Assembly: GCA_029261715.1 (NCBI GenBank)
Contig: JAJDAT010000032.1
Location: 10,575-74,574 of the forward strand
DNA from: Nitrospinia bacterium
GTDB taxonomy: Bacteria; Nitrospinota; Nitrospinia; Nitrospinales; JAJDAT01
Direction: 5' to 3'
DNA length: 64,000 nt
Shown here piece by piece: positions 45,851 to 56,100 of this stretch (positions within the stretch are counted from its first letter, which is position 1; the number at the start of each line of letters is the position of its first letter). The notes beneath the pieces are model-generated. The model ran no database searches. It worked only from the letters and a program-made list of their open reading frames with translations, and was not told where the DNA came from. A program made the translations under genes and the position numbers.

Positions 45851-46609
45851 TCAAATAATCAACGAAAGACAGGTTACGCCGCCATCGGCTTTTTCAAATT
45901 CACTCATTGGAATTTGAATAACTTGAAAACCGCATTCGCGTATCTTAGCAGCTAGCTTTGGGTATCCTTGTGGAGCAATCACATAACTACCCACTACCAA
46001 ACAATTAGCGGAATAACTTTCCTTCGTGGATACCTCAATAATTTGAAATTTTTTAAACGCTGTTGCCTCTATTTTGGAACAGTCCAAAATAATTCTTCCG
46101 TCTCCCAGATAAGTCGCCGCGCTTTTCAAATGAAGCCCATCCAAAACAGGGACAACAGTAATTGGTTTTTTGGTAAAGGTCTTTAAAAACTCAACGCCTT
46201 CCAAATTCGTGCGCGTAGATTCTCCAATAAAAATTTCATCTTCCGTTTGCAACACGTCTCCGCCATCCAGTGTCGCCGGAGGCAACATGTAAATAATGGA
46301 AGTGTAGCGTTCAAGCTCGGAAACAATAGATTCGCCTTCACCGCGACGAGTTTCAGCCTTCATAGAACAAAGAACCGCTTTATCTTCTAACATGACAACG
46401 GGATCTTCGACAAAAGGAGCGTCTGGAAAATTTTCCTGGGGATCTAGGTGGATTACCGAAAGACCGGCGCGCGTCAAAGCGTTTGCGTACTGACGGTGTT
46501 GATTAAGGGCTTTGCCAAAATCAATAGAATCGCTCTGGGGATGATTAGAAATAGCGTCTGCAAAACCGGGGGTGGGTTCGCGCACTAAAGCCATCGAACG
46601 ATTCATCAA
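45851..46609 (-). CDS. Dimethylarginine dimethylaminohydrolase (DDAH)/amidinotransferase-fold protein
   Basis: 252 aa. DDAH-like N-terminus (ALVREPTPGFADAIS...QHRQYANAL) and a C-terminal catalytic-Cys region ADGGVTCLSLI. Confidence 0.7.
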   Translation of the reverse strand: MMNRSMALVREPTPGFADAISNHPQSDSIDFGKALNQHRQYANALTRAGLSVIHLDPQENFPDAPFVEDPVVMLEDKAVLCSMKAETRRGEGESIVSELERYTSIIYMLPPATLDGGDVLQTEDEIFIGESTRTNLEGVEFLKTFTKKPITVVPVLDGLHLKSAATYLGDGRIILDCSKIEATAFKKFQIIEVSTKESYSANCLVVGSYVIAPQGYPKLAAKIRECGFQVIQIPMSEFEKADGGVTCLSLII

Positions 46610-46635
46610 TAACCCCCATTCCGTTTTACAAAAAC

Positions 46636-47109
46636 CTAATCAATGGTGGGAGTATTCATAAGCCGGGAGAAATTCAACATTTGAAAATGTTTCTTGGCGC
46701 CGCGATATTTTTTCATCATCGCTTTGGATGGTTTAAGACCTTCTTCGACTTTGTTCTTCTGAGCGATATAAATATAACCCTTTGTTTCAGAAAAGTCGTG
46801 GCGCGTTAGAGACATGATTTTTCTATCGTATTCATCCGGATATTGATAATGACGATCAAGCCCTGCAAGCTTTTCTTCTTCCATTTCATAAATCATCCCG
46901 ATCATCATTCCCAAATTATCGTGTGTGGGCTCAATATTAGCGTGACCCAGCCCTTCAATTCCTTCATTATCCACCGGGACTTTATTAAAAACGCGCTTCC
47001 AGGCAGAAAGAGTAACTGAATACTTGGTTGTAAAAGAAAATCCCAGCTCTTTATAAACCTTTTCGTTGATCAACTCATCATAAATAAATACACGGACAAT
47101 ATTTGACAT
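46636..47109 (-). CDS. Gamma-glutamylcyclotransferase-like (AIG2/GGCT fold) protein
   Basis: 157 aa. The N-terminal VFIYDELINEKVYKELG resembles the GGCT YGTL-type start. This is a weak assignment. Confidence 0.4.
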   Translation of the reverse strand: MSNIVRVFIYDELINEKVYKELGFSFTTKYSVTLSAWKRVFNKVPVDNEGIEGLGHANIEPTHDNLGMMIGMIYEMEEEKLAGLDRHYQYPDEYDRKIMSLTRHDFSETKGYIYIAQKNKVEEGLKPSKAMMKKYRGAKKHFQMLNFSRLMNTPTID

Positions 47110-47285
47110 TCTAGTCTCTATAGAAAGTAATTTAAAAATACAAAAAATTACGAGGTTATTTTAATCTGTGTTAGGATGCTATATTAGCAAAATAACGCGA
47201 TCAAAGCTGTTTATATTTGCGTTTATAAAGGATTTATACATCCTTTTTTCAATAAAGTTAAAGTTACCTGGAAAGGAGTGAACTC

Positions 47286-47612
47286 ATGGCCGGCAATGTA
47301 GTTGAAATCTCCGACGCCGAATTTGAATCGTCAATTATTCAAAGTGATAAGCCCGCTTTAGTGGATTTCTGGGCAGAATGGTGTCAACCCTGTAAAATGC
47401 TTGCCCCTACTGTGGAAGAAATCGCAGGCGAGTACATCGATAAAGTCAAAGTCGCCAAAGTTAATGTAGACGACAACCCAGCAATCGCTACCAAGTTTGG
47501 TATTCGCGGTATCCCTACTCTTTTGCTTTTTAAAGAAGGAAAAGTAGTTCAGCAAATGGTAGGCGTTAAGCCTAAGAGTGATATCACAAAAGCTATCGAA
47601 GAAGTTCTATGA
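47286..47612 (+). CDS. trxA: Thioredoxin
   Basis: 108 aa. LVDFWAEWCQPCKMLAP...GIRGIPTLLLFKEG. The active site reads CQPC rather than CGPC. Confidence 0.88.
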   Translation: MAGNVVEISDAEFESSIIQSDKPALVDFWAEWCQPCKMLAPTVEEIAGEYIDKVKVAKVNVDDNPAIATKFGIRGIPTLLLFKEGKVVQQMVGVKPKSDITKAIEEVL

Positions 47613-47623
47613 AATTGGTTTCC

Positions 47624-47653
47624 CCGGCTTAATGGCCAGTAGCCTTAAGCCGG
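47624..47653 (+). terminator. Candidate terminator hairpin after trxA
   Basis: CCGGCTTAA-N11-TTAAGCCGG, a 9-bp stem, followed by a weak T-tract. Confidence 0.4.
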
Positions 47654-47726
47654 TTGATTCAATTCGTTAGTCTTCAATAATCTGACCACTCTGGTCCTCA
47701 AAGGCCTTCATCCTCTGGAGCTTGCG

Positions 47727-48431
47727 ATGTCGAAAAAACTGGAATGCCTCAAAAACGTTTCTATTTTTTCGGGAATGAACGACACCCACCTTGAAGAAAT
47801 CGCCTCGATCACCATAGAGAATAAGTTCAAAAAAAATAAAGTCATTTTTAGTAAAGGCGACCGAGGAAACGTTTTATTCATTCTCACCTCAGGTACCGTA
47901 AAATTATCTCTTTTTGACCAATCCGGTAAAGAAATGATTTTAAAAATGCTTTATAAAAACGACTTCTTTGGTGAAATGTCGTTACTAGACGAATTCTTTC
48001 GTTCCGCAACCGTTACTGCCGTTGAAGATTCACAAGCTCTTCTTATTTATAGAAACGAATTTATGCGATTAATTCACCAATTTCCAGGAATCGCTTTGGA
48101 AATGTTGAAAGTCTTCATACACCGTTTAAAAACGAGCGACAAAAAAATCGTTAGTCTTACTTTTTTCGACGCGTTCCGAAAAGTAAGTTCTACTGTCATC
48201 GATTTAGCGGAGAAAACCGGACGTCAGGAAGGAAAATACACCGCTATCGACTTAACGTTAACCCGCCAGGACCTAGCCAATATGATCGGCATGAGCCGAG
48301 AAACGTTAACTCGCATTTTGCAAGAATTACACTTTCGAGAAATTTTAAACGTTAGTAGAAAAAAAATAATCATTCTCGATCAAAAAGCTCTGGAAAATGA
48401 AATTGAAAACGCGCGAGTCCCAAAACTTTAG
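47727..48431 (+). CDS. Crp/Fnr-family transcriptional regulator
   Basis: 234 aa. cNMP-binding domain (FGEMSLLDEFFRSATVTA) and C-terminal HTH (RQDLANMIGMSRETLTRIL). No N-terminal Cys cluster. Confidence 0.8.
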   Translation: MSKKLECLKNVSIFSGMNDTHLEEIASITIENKFKKNKVIFSKGDRGNVLFILTSGTVKLSLFDQSGKEMILKMLYKNDFFGEMSLLDEFFRSATVTAVEDSQALLIYRNEFMRLIHQFPGIALEMLKVFIHRLKTSDKKIVSLTFFDAFRKVSSTVIDLAEKTGRQEGKYTAIDLTLTRQDLANMIGMSRETLTRILQELHFREILNVSRKKIIILDQKALENEIENARVPKL

Positions 48432-48496
48432 CGCTTTTTTAAAATACCGTCTAACCTGCCCTTTTTGAACAAATTCCATCCTTCAGTTTTAAAAAA

Positions 48497-48514
48497 TGTG
48501 ATCTACTTCCTTTT
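48497..48514 (+). promoter_or_regulatory. Conserved 18-nt motif TGTGATCTACTTCCTTTT (copy a)
   Basis: Lies 64 nt upstream of the FecR-like ATG 48578. A TATATT -10-like hexamer at 48535-48540 places the motif centre near -42. Confidence 0.55.
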
Positions 48515-48577
48515 CTTATATAGCCATCTTGTCGTATATTAAAATAAGAGAACAAAAAAAATCATTCATAAGGCGAT

Positions 48578-49675
48578 ATGTTTTCAAATATTTCCCGGAC
48601 CTTAAATTCAAATAAATATAAAAAGTGGACTTTGCTTTCCTTTTGGATGTTAGTTCTTTCGCTCAGTTGGCTAGTTGAAGCAAAGGCGGAAGAAGAACCC
48701 GTGGGAACAATCATTGGCGTGTCTGGGGAAATTTTATACAGAACTGCGGGTGACGATCCCGTCGCAAGTAAGGATAAACCTGGCGAGACTAAACTTGCTT
48801 CTTTTACGCCCTGGGAGAAAGTTAAGTTTAAACAACCTGTCTACGCTAAAGACGAATTCAAAACCTCAAAACGCAGTCGGCTCAAAATAAAATTTAACGA
48901 CAATAGCCTCATGGCGCTAGGCCCAAACTCAAAAATGCAAGTGGGCTCATATGTTTTCAGTAAAAAAAAGAAGCTGCGTCAGGGAGTGATGAAGATTTCG
49001 TATGGGTTATCTATGTACATCGTCAACAAAACCCAACGTAATAAAAATTCCAGTTTTAGAATCGTTTCGCCTACCGCAAATTTAGCGGCGCGCGGTACCC
49101 AGGGATATGTAAGTTCTTCCGATAAGATTACTTACCTGGCAAACCAAGCCGGAGCAATGGACTCCTCCAGCAGCGATCCAAATATCAAAGGGAATCAACT
49201 GGTCGGCGCGATGAAAAAAAATTCAATTCCGGCAGGACAACCGCCAACCCCCCCGACAAACTTGACAAATAACGACCTAAGCGCCGTTAGAAACGTTGTG
49301 ATGGGACCGATAGGTATTAATCCTAACAACCCAATAATTAAAGATTTAACTCAAACTGCCCCGGTTCAAAAGAAAAAAGCTGCAAAATCCAAAACAAGCG
49401 ATAAAAGCGGAGGTACAAAAGGCGACTCCAGCGAAGAAGGCGATAGCGAGAGTTCAGAATCTAGCGAAGGTGGGGATAGCGGTGATTCCGGTGGCGATAG
49501 CGCAGATTCTGGAGGCGACTCTGGAGGCGGAGATAGCGGCGGCGGAGATGGCGGAGGCTTTGCCGACAGTTTTACATCCACCGGTAGTTCCGGAGGCGGT
49601 GGTAGTGGCGGTGGCGACTTTGCTCCTGTTAACAATCCTTTTTCACCGGCTGCTCTAAGTTCCTGTTCCGGCTAA
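48578..49675 (+). CDS. Secreted FecR-domain protein (365 aa)
   Basis: Paralog of 38953-40026, with the same core (KRSRLKIKFNDNSLMALGPNSKMQV...RGTQGY). Gly/Ser/Asp-rich tail ending ALSSCSG. Confidence 0.75.
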   Translation: MFSNISRTLNSNKYKKWTLLSFWMLVLSLSWLVEAKAEEEPVGTIIGVSGEILYRTAGDDPVASKDKPGETKLASFTPWEKVKFKQPVYAKDEFKTSKRSRLKIKFNDNSLMALGPNSKMQVGSYVFSKKKKLRQGVMKISYGLSMYIVNKTQRNKNSSFRIVSPTANLAARGTQGYVSSSDKITYLANQAGAMDSSSSDPNIKGNQLVGAMKKNSIPAGQPPTPPTNLTNNDLSAVRNVVMGPIGINPNNPIIKDLTQTAPVQKKKAAKSKTSDKSGGTKGDSSEEGDSESSESSEGGDSGDSGGDSADSGGDSGGGDSGGGDGGGFADSFTSTGSSGGGGSGGGDFAPVNNPFSPAALSSCSG

Positions 49676-50013
49676 TGGGCTCTAAAATGCTACACATGTT
49701 AAAAAAACTCACATTACTTATCGTTTTTTCGGCCCTTTTTGCGCTAAATTTTGCTTCCGCTCAAACAAAGATTCCTCCTGCCGCCGAATCGGGCCTTGCG
49801 CTCAAAATGCTTAAAAAATCGCAACCCGGCCGTTGGGACCCTCCCCCACAGGCTATACCAGAAGATCTGATCGTTCGGGAAGATGAAATTCCTGCAAAAC
49901 CCCCTACCTCGTCCGAAATTAATAAAACTATCGAGCTAGAAGTAACCTCTCCAGACAAAAACCCTACCAAAATCTCACCCGTAGAAATATTAAGAGATAA
50001 TATTCCTCACTGA
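49675..50013 (+). CDS. Small secreted Pro-rich protein
   Basis: 112 aa. TAATG overlap with the preceding stop. Signal peptide LTLLIVFSALFALNFASA. Confidence 0.5.
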   Translation: MGSKMLHMLKKLTLLIVFSALFALNFASAQTKIPPAAESGLALKMLKKSQPGRWDPPPQAIPEDLIVREDEIPAKPPTSSEINKTIELEVTSPDKNPTKISPVEILRDNIPH

Positions 50014-50070
50014 ATTTATTAAAAAAAAACAGCCAAGCTATTGAAATTACCTAAGAAAAATTATTAATTT

Positions 50071-50088
50071 TGTGATGTAGCTCCTTAC
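50071..50088 (+). promoter_or_regulatory. Conserved 18-nt motif TGTGATGTAGCTCCTTAC (copy b)
   Basis: Upstream of the giant tpsA. A TACAAT -10-like hexamer at 50108-50113 places the motif centre near -41.5. Confidence 0.55.
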
Positions 50089-50175
50089 CTTTTTCCAAAA
50101 AAAATCGTACAATTACATATAAGATCAATCTTTTCTCAAATTGAGATTTACTAATCAGTTTCAGAGGAAACGCTT

Positions 50176-53100
50176 TTGCAACGCCAACCCAACAATTTAT
50201 CCGTAAGCCGTGTTTTGAAAAACCGTTTTAATAAAATTTTAGCGGTTTTCCTTATTTATATGATCGGCGGATTTCCGACGTTAGTGTTTGCCCTACCGCA
50301 AGACGGGCAAATTGTTTCGGGACAAGGAACCATTGGTCTGCCTTCTTCAAACCAAATGGTTATCAACCAAAATACTAACCAGTTGATAACCAACTGGAAC
50401 AGTTTCAATATAGGTCAATCCGAACACGTTCAGTTTAACCAACCCAATGCAAATTCGACGGCTCTCAATCGAGTTATGGGACAAGACCCCAGCTCTATCA
50501 TGGGTAGGCTGTCAGCTAACGGTCAGGTCTTTTTATCCAATTCGTCTGGAATCATTTTTGGGCAAAACTCTAGGGTGAATGTTGGCGGCTTGATGGCCAC
50601 AACCTTAGGGATATCTAACGAAGATTTCCTCAATCGCAATTATCACTTCACACAAGACGAATCGAAACCGCTCGCGGCCATCCTCAATCAAGGAATTATC
50701 GAAGCAGGTCAAGTGGGACTGCTCGCTCCTAGAGTCGAAAACCAAGGAAAAATAATCGCCAGCTTAGGCAATGTCGCTCTGTCTTCCGGAGAAGCGGCTA
50801 TTCTCGATTTTGACGGCAGCGGATTGATCAATTTCGAAATCACCGAACCGGTTAACGGCGAAGTAAAAGACACGGATGGCAACGTTGTCGAAAGCGGCGT
50901 GATCAACTCAGGATTTGTTAAAGCGCATAACGGTAACGTAATCCTATCGGCGCATCAAGCGCGCGGTATGGTAAGAAGCGTTGTCAATAATACGGGAATC
51001 ATTGAAGCAAATAACGTCGTCAAAAAAGGCGGTCGGGTTTTTCTAATAGGCGACCGCGTTAAAAACTCCGGAAGCATAAACGTTACCGGAACGGAATCCG
51101 GACAAACCGGCGGTACCGTTCATATATTAGGAAACGAAGTCAATATTTCTGGCGGAACCATTGACGCATCCGGCGAGGCTGGCGGCGGAACGATTTTAAT
51201 TGGCGGCGACAAACAAGGTCAAAATCCAAATATACAAAACGCAACTAACACGACTGTTAGCGAGTCTGCGGTCATTAAAGCTGACGCCATCAATAATGGC
51301 GATGGCGGTAAAGTCATCATTTGGGCAGAAAACTCAACCAAAGTTTACGCGGTAATCTCCGCACGCGGCGGCGCCAACGGCGGCGATGGCGGATTTGTAG
51401 AGACTTCCGGTAAAAAGTTTCTAGACGTCACCAAAGCGGCAGACGTTTCCTCTCCTAAAGGAAAAGCCGGAACCTGGTTACTCGATCCGACCAATATAGA
51501 AATCGTCAGCGGTCCCGGTAACGGCGACGGCTCGCAAGTATCCGTAACGACTATCGAGACAGCGCTCAACGCAGGCACCAGCGTTCACATCGTTACCAGC
51601 GGCCAAGGATTGGAAGAAGGAAGCATCACCGTTTCGACAGCCATCTTGAAATCGTCTGGCGGTAACACGTCATTAACTATGACAGCGCATGGCGATATCA
51701 TCGTCAATCAATCGATCACTTCCACAAACGGAACATTAGACGTCAACCTCATCGCGGGATCAAATGTTCTCATCAACGCAGCTATTGCCACAAACGGCGG
51801 TAACTTATTAGCCGATGCAGGAGCGACCAATCTCCCGGCAAATATCTCGGGATCTTACACACCAGCGGCGCGTATTAGTGGAGCGGCAGTTGAATTACCT
51901 AAAATTGAAGTTAAGGCCGATATCACTACAGGGGGGGGCGACGTAACCCTTGGACAGTTTAAAACAAAAAGTCATTCTTTAATCGGCGGCGGAACTTATA
52001 CAAAAGAAAACGTGGCGAAAGCCGATATCCTTATTGAAAACGCATCCATCAGCACTGGTGGTGGAGATTTCAAAACCAACGGCGCTACCGTTAATTTAAA
52101 TCAAACGGTTATCAATACAGACGTGGGAAATATTAACCTGGATTCCAACATCGGTACTCCAACGTTAACATTATCTGCGAATCCTGATTTTAATCCGATT
52201 TTACTTTCAATTCCATCCATTAATATTGGTTCGAATTCTTCTCTCACCTCTCTTGGCGGGGACATTACCCTCTCCTCCAATGCAGCGGAACTCATAATTG
52301 TCGAAGAGCCTGTTTTAACCATTAATATTGAAGGCAATGCCTCCATCACAACAGAAGGCGGAAATATTCTTATTGACGGCGGCGATAACTCTATTGTCCT
52401 TGTAGCTGGAAACTTGAGCGTAGCCAATCCAAATGGAGTGGGCGGAACCATTCAAGTTCTAGGAACCTACGTAGGGATTACGGGTGATGCTGAACTCGAC
52501 GCTTCCGGCGACGAAGGCGGTGGAATCATTTTGGTTGGTGGCGATTATCAAGGCAAAAACGAAGACGTTCGCAACGCAGATAGAGCCTTCATAGCAAGTA
52601 ACGCTTCCCTGAAAGCCGACGCTTTAAGAATCGGAAACGGCGGTAAGGTCATTTTATGGGCCAACGACGTGGCGCGTTTCTATGGTTCCATTTCAGCAAA
52701 GGGCGGCGCCACTTCCGGCGACGGAGGATTTGTCGAAACATCCGGTAAAAACACCTTAGAGTTTCGTGGTGACGTAGATATCACGGCGGCGAACGGAGAT
52801 TTAGGAACCCTGGTTTTAGACCCACAAGACATCACCATCGCCGACGGATCTGGCGGCGCGGACGACACGCAAGTATCGGGCGATTCCACAGCCCTATTTG
52901 CGGATGGGGGAGCGGTTACTTTCACTATCTCAGAGCAAACTTTGGAAGGGTTAACCGGAAACATCATCCTGCAAGCAACCCAAGACATTATCATCAACGA
53001 CCTGACAACCGATGGCGTTTTAAATTTATCCAATCTGACGTCGGGCGAGTCCTTTGTCTTACAAGCCGGACGGCATATAACATTTAATAACACGGCCAAC

Positions 53101-56100
53101 ACTATTTCCACTAGTGGCGGCAACATTCATTTAGAAGCGGATTCGGTACACAGTTCAGCGGGAGCCGCAGACGGAACCGGAGCTCTCACTACGGGGATTT
53201 TATCCACCAGCGGCGGCGCGATAACCTTGATCGGAACCGGTTTTACTCTGGGCGGAGCTATCAATTCCGGAAGCGGCAATATCAATATTGCCGAAGCCGT
53301 CAATGGAGGAGCCTTTAGCTTGGGTTCCCTGGATCTTAGCGACGCTGAGGCGGATTTAATCACCACTACGGGTACTTTAACAATTGGTCAAGCCACAACA
53401 GCAGGAACCGATGGAGCCGGAACGGGCGCAACAACCCTCAATGCTTCGGTAGTTACCATAAACACTATTTCCAATACTACGGCAAGCAATGTTGCCATTT
53501 CAGCCACAAGCAACATCACTTTTACGGGCGGGGCATCTACCTTCACCGGGAACCTTACCGTAAGTACCACCACCGGCGCCATCGCGGTTAATGTCGATGC
53601 CCGGTCAAATGGCGCCGTGACCATGACCTCTACGAGTTCAACTATAACCGTGGCAGCCGACGCTCAAATCGTTGCCGAAGACGACGCTACCGGATCAAGC
53701 GCATTGACTCTTACCGCTTCAGGCGCGGTAACACTGGGCGGAACCACCGGCGGTAATGGTACGGAGAACCTTGAAAATGAAGGAACCGGCAACGTTTCGG
53801 TGACGTCAGGCGGTCTTGTTCTTAGTGGAGTAAAAACCATCGGTACCGGAACTGGATCAATTATTATCGATGTTGGTAGTAACGACATCACCGACAACGA
53901 CTCCGCAGATAACGATTTCTTTTCAAATGGGGACGTTACCCTTACCATGGGCAATGTCGGCGCCAACACTGGCAACAACGCGCTCCGCTTAGCAAGCTCC
54001 GGTGGCGAATTAGGCAATACTTTGACCGTCAATATTAACGGAACCGGAAAAACCGCGTATATTTCGACGCACTCTACCGATGATCCGTTTAATACTATCA
54101 ACGTCACTTTGGCTGACGATCAAAGTGGTTTTAACTATGTCACCAGTCCAGCTGTGGGAACCGACACAATTAGCGGCGCGGCAGGAGCAAGTAAACACGA
54201 CCTTTCCTTTGATCTGAGCGATACCAACACGACCCTAAATTACACAATCACTGAAGCGGCCGCCAAAATGGATATCGTGTTGGGGTCCGGGGCCGGGACA
54301 GGAGCGATTACTCTCACCGCCGACGATATAGACATTAACGCCGTTTTGGGCGTTTCGGGCGGGTCTGTGACTCTTAAACCTAACGACACCACAAGAACCA
54401 TTGGTCTCGGCGGTGGAACCGGAGACTTCAATTTGTCCGACGCCGACATTGCCAACATTACCGACGGTCAAACCTCTATCACAATTGGCGCGGTCGGTGG
54501 CACTGGCGCGGTAGGTATCACTTCAGCTACATTCACCGATCCTATTACCATTCGTGGCGGGGCAATGACGGTCGAAGGTATCAGCGCGGCAGCTAATAAC
54601 GTCACATTAACCTCAACCAGTACCATTGCCGATACAGCAGGCGACGACACAACTGTCGACATCACAACCTCGGGAACATTAACGCTGACCAGTTCTGGAG
54701 CGATCGGGTCCACTGCTTCGAATTCGCTCAATCTTGATATAGGCAATTTGGCGATTACTTCCACGGGAGGAAGTGGGGCCGTTTTCATAACAGAAGCGGA
54801 CGCGCTCACCTTGGGAACAGTCAACGCCGGAACCGGCGCCATAACCCTATCAGCTGGAGGAAGTATTACCGATAACACCTCAGCAATCACTGCGGGGAAC
54901 CTAACTATCACGACGACAGCTTCTGGTGGCGCCATTGGCGCATCGGGAACAGCGCTTAATACGACGCTTTCGGGAACCTTGACGGCAACGGCGTCAACAG
55001 GTACAGGCGGCGGAATCTTTATAAGCAATACAGGTAATCTACTCATCGGGGCCGTCAACGCAGGCTCAACTTCCGGCGATACGGTAGAATTAATCTCAAC
55101 CACTGGTATGACCAACTCCAGTTCTGCGATCACGGCAGAAGATTTAACCTTAACGGTTTCCGGAGCAGGCGCTGCTATCGGCGCTTCCGGAACTAGCAAC
55201 GATATCAACATAACGTTGACCGGAACTTTAACGGCAACCGCTTCAAATGGAGCAGGAGGAATCTTCGTTGGCGAAACCGGAGCCATGCTGGTAGGAGCCG
55301 TTAACTCCGGTACCGGCAATATGGAGTTCACCACGACTACTACCTGGGACAACACATCCGGTCTCACTGTAACGGGCGCGGCGTTAACCATCACCGCCGA
55401 TACTGGCGTTGGTCTTAACGAGAGCATAACAACTACCGGAGCGGTTATCATCGACGCTGACTCAGGCGGCGAGGGGGACGGCAATTTCGATATTGCTACT
55501 ACCAAGACATTAAACAGTGGTGGTAATACCATGTCGATTACATCCGCCAACATCATCCTGACTGGTAATCTTAATTCCGGAGCGGCCGCTACAACCTTGT
55601 TAGTTTCCGATGGGGGAACCATGGGGCTAGGCGGAGGCGCAGGCACTTGGTCCTTAGATGATGCAGAGCTTGGACGAATCACCGCCACAGGTTTAACTAT
55701 AGGTGACGCCACCAACGGCAACATAACAGTAGACGGTATCACTACCGGCAATAGCGACCAAATTACCGGAACGGTAACTTTAAATGCTACAACGGCTGCA
55801 GGGACGATCACGTTCAACGGGGGCACTTCAACATTTAATGCCTTAACCGCCAATGCCGGAAATGGGATTAACGTTAATATCGACCTTGATACCATTGTCG
55901 GAGCTCTCACCTTCGACGCCGATAGCGATAACAACCAGAGCGGAGCTTTTTCAGTCGCTACATTGACAACGGTCGCCACTAACAATAGCGCTATCAATGT
56001 CACGGCTCACACCTTTGATCTTAGCACTGCAACCTCCACTCTTGACGCCGGGTCGGGCGATGTTACCCTATTACAATCTTTGGGAGGGAATACCATTAGC

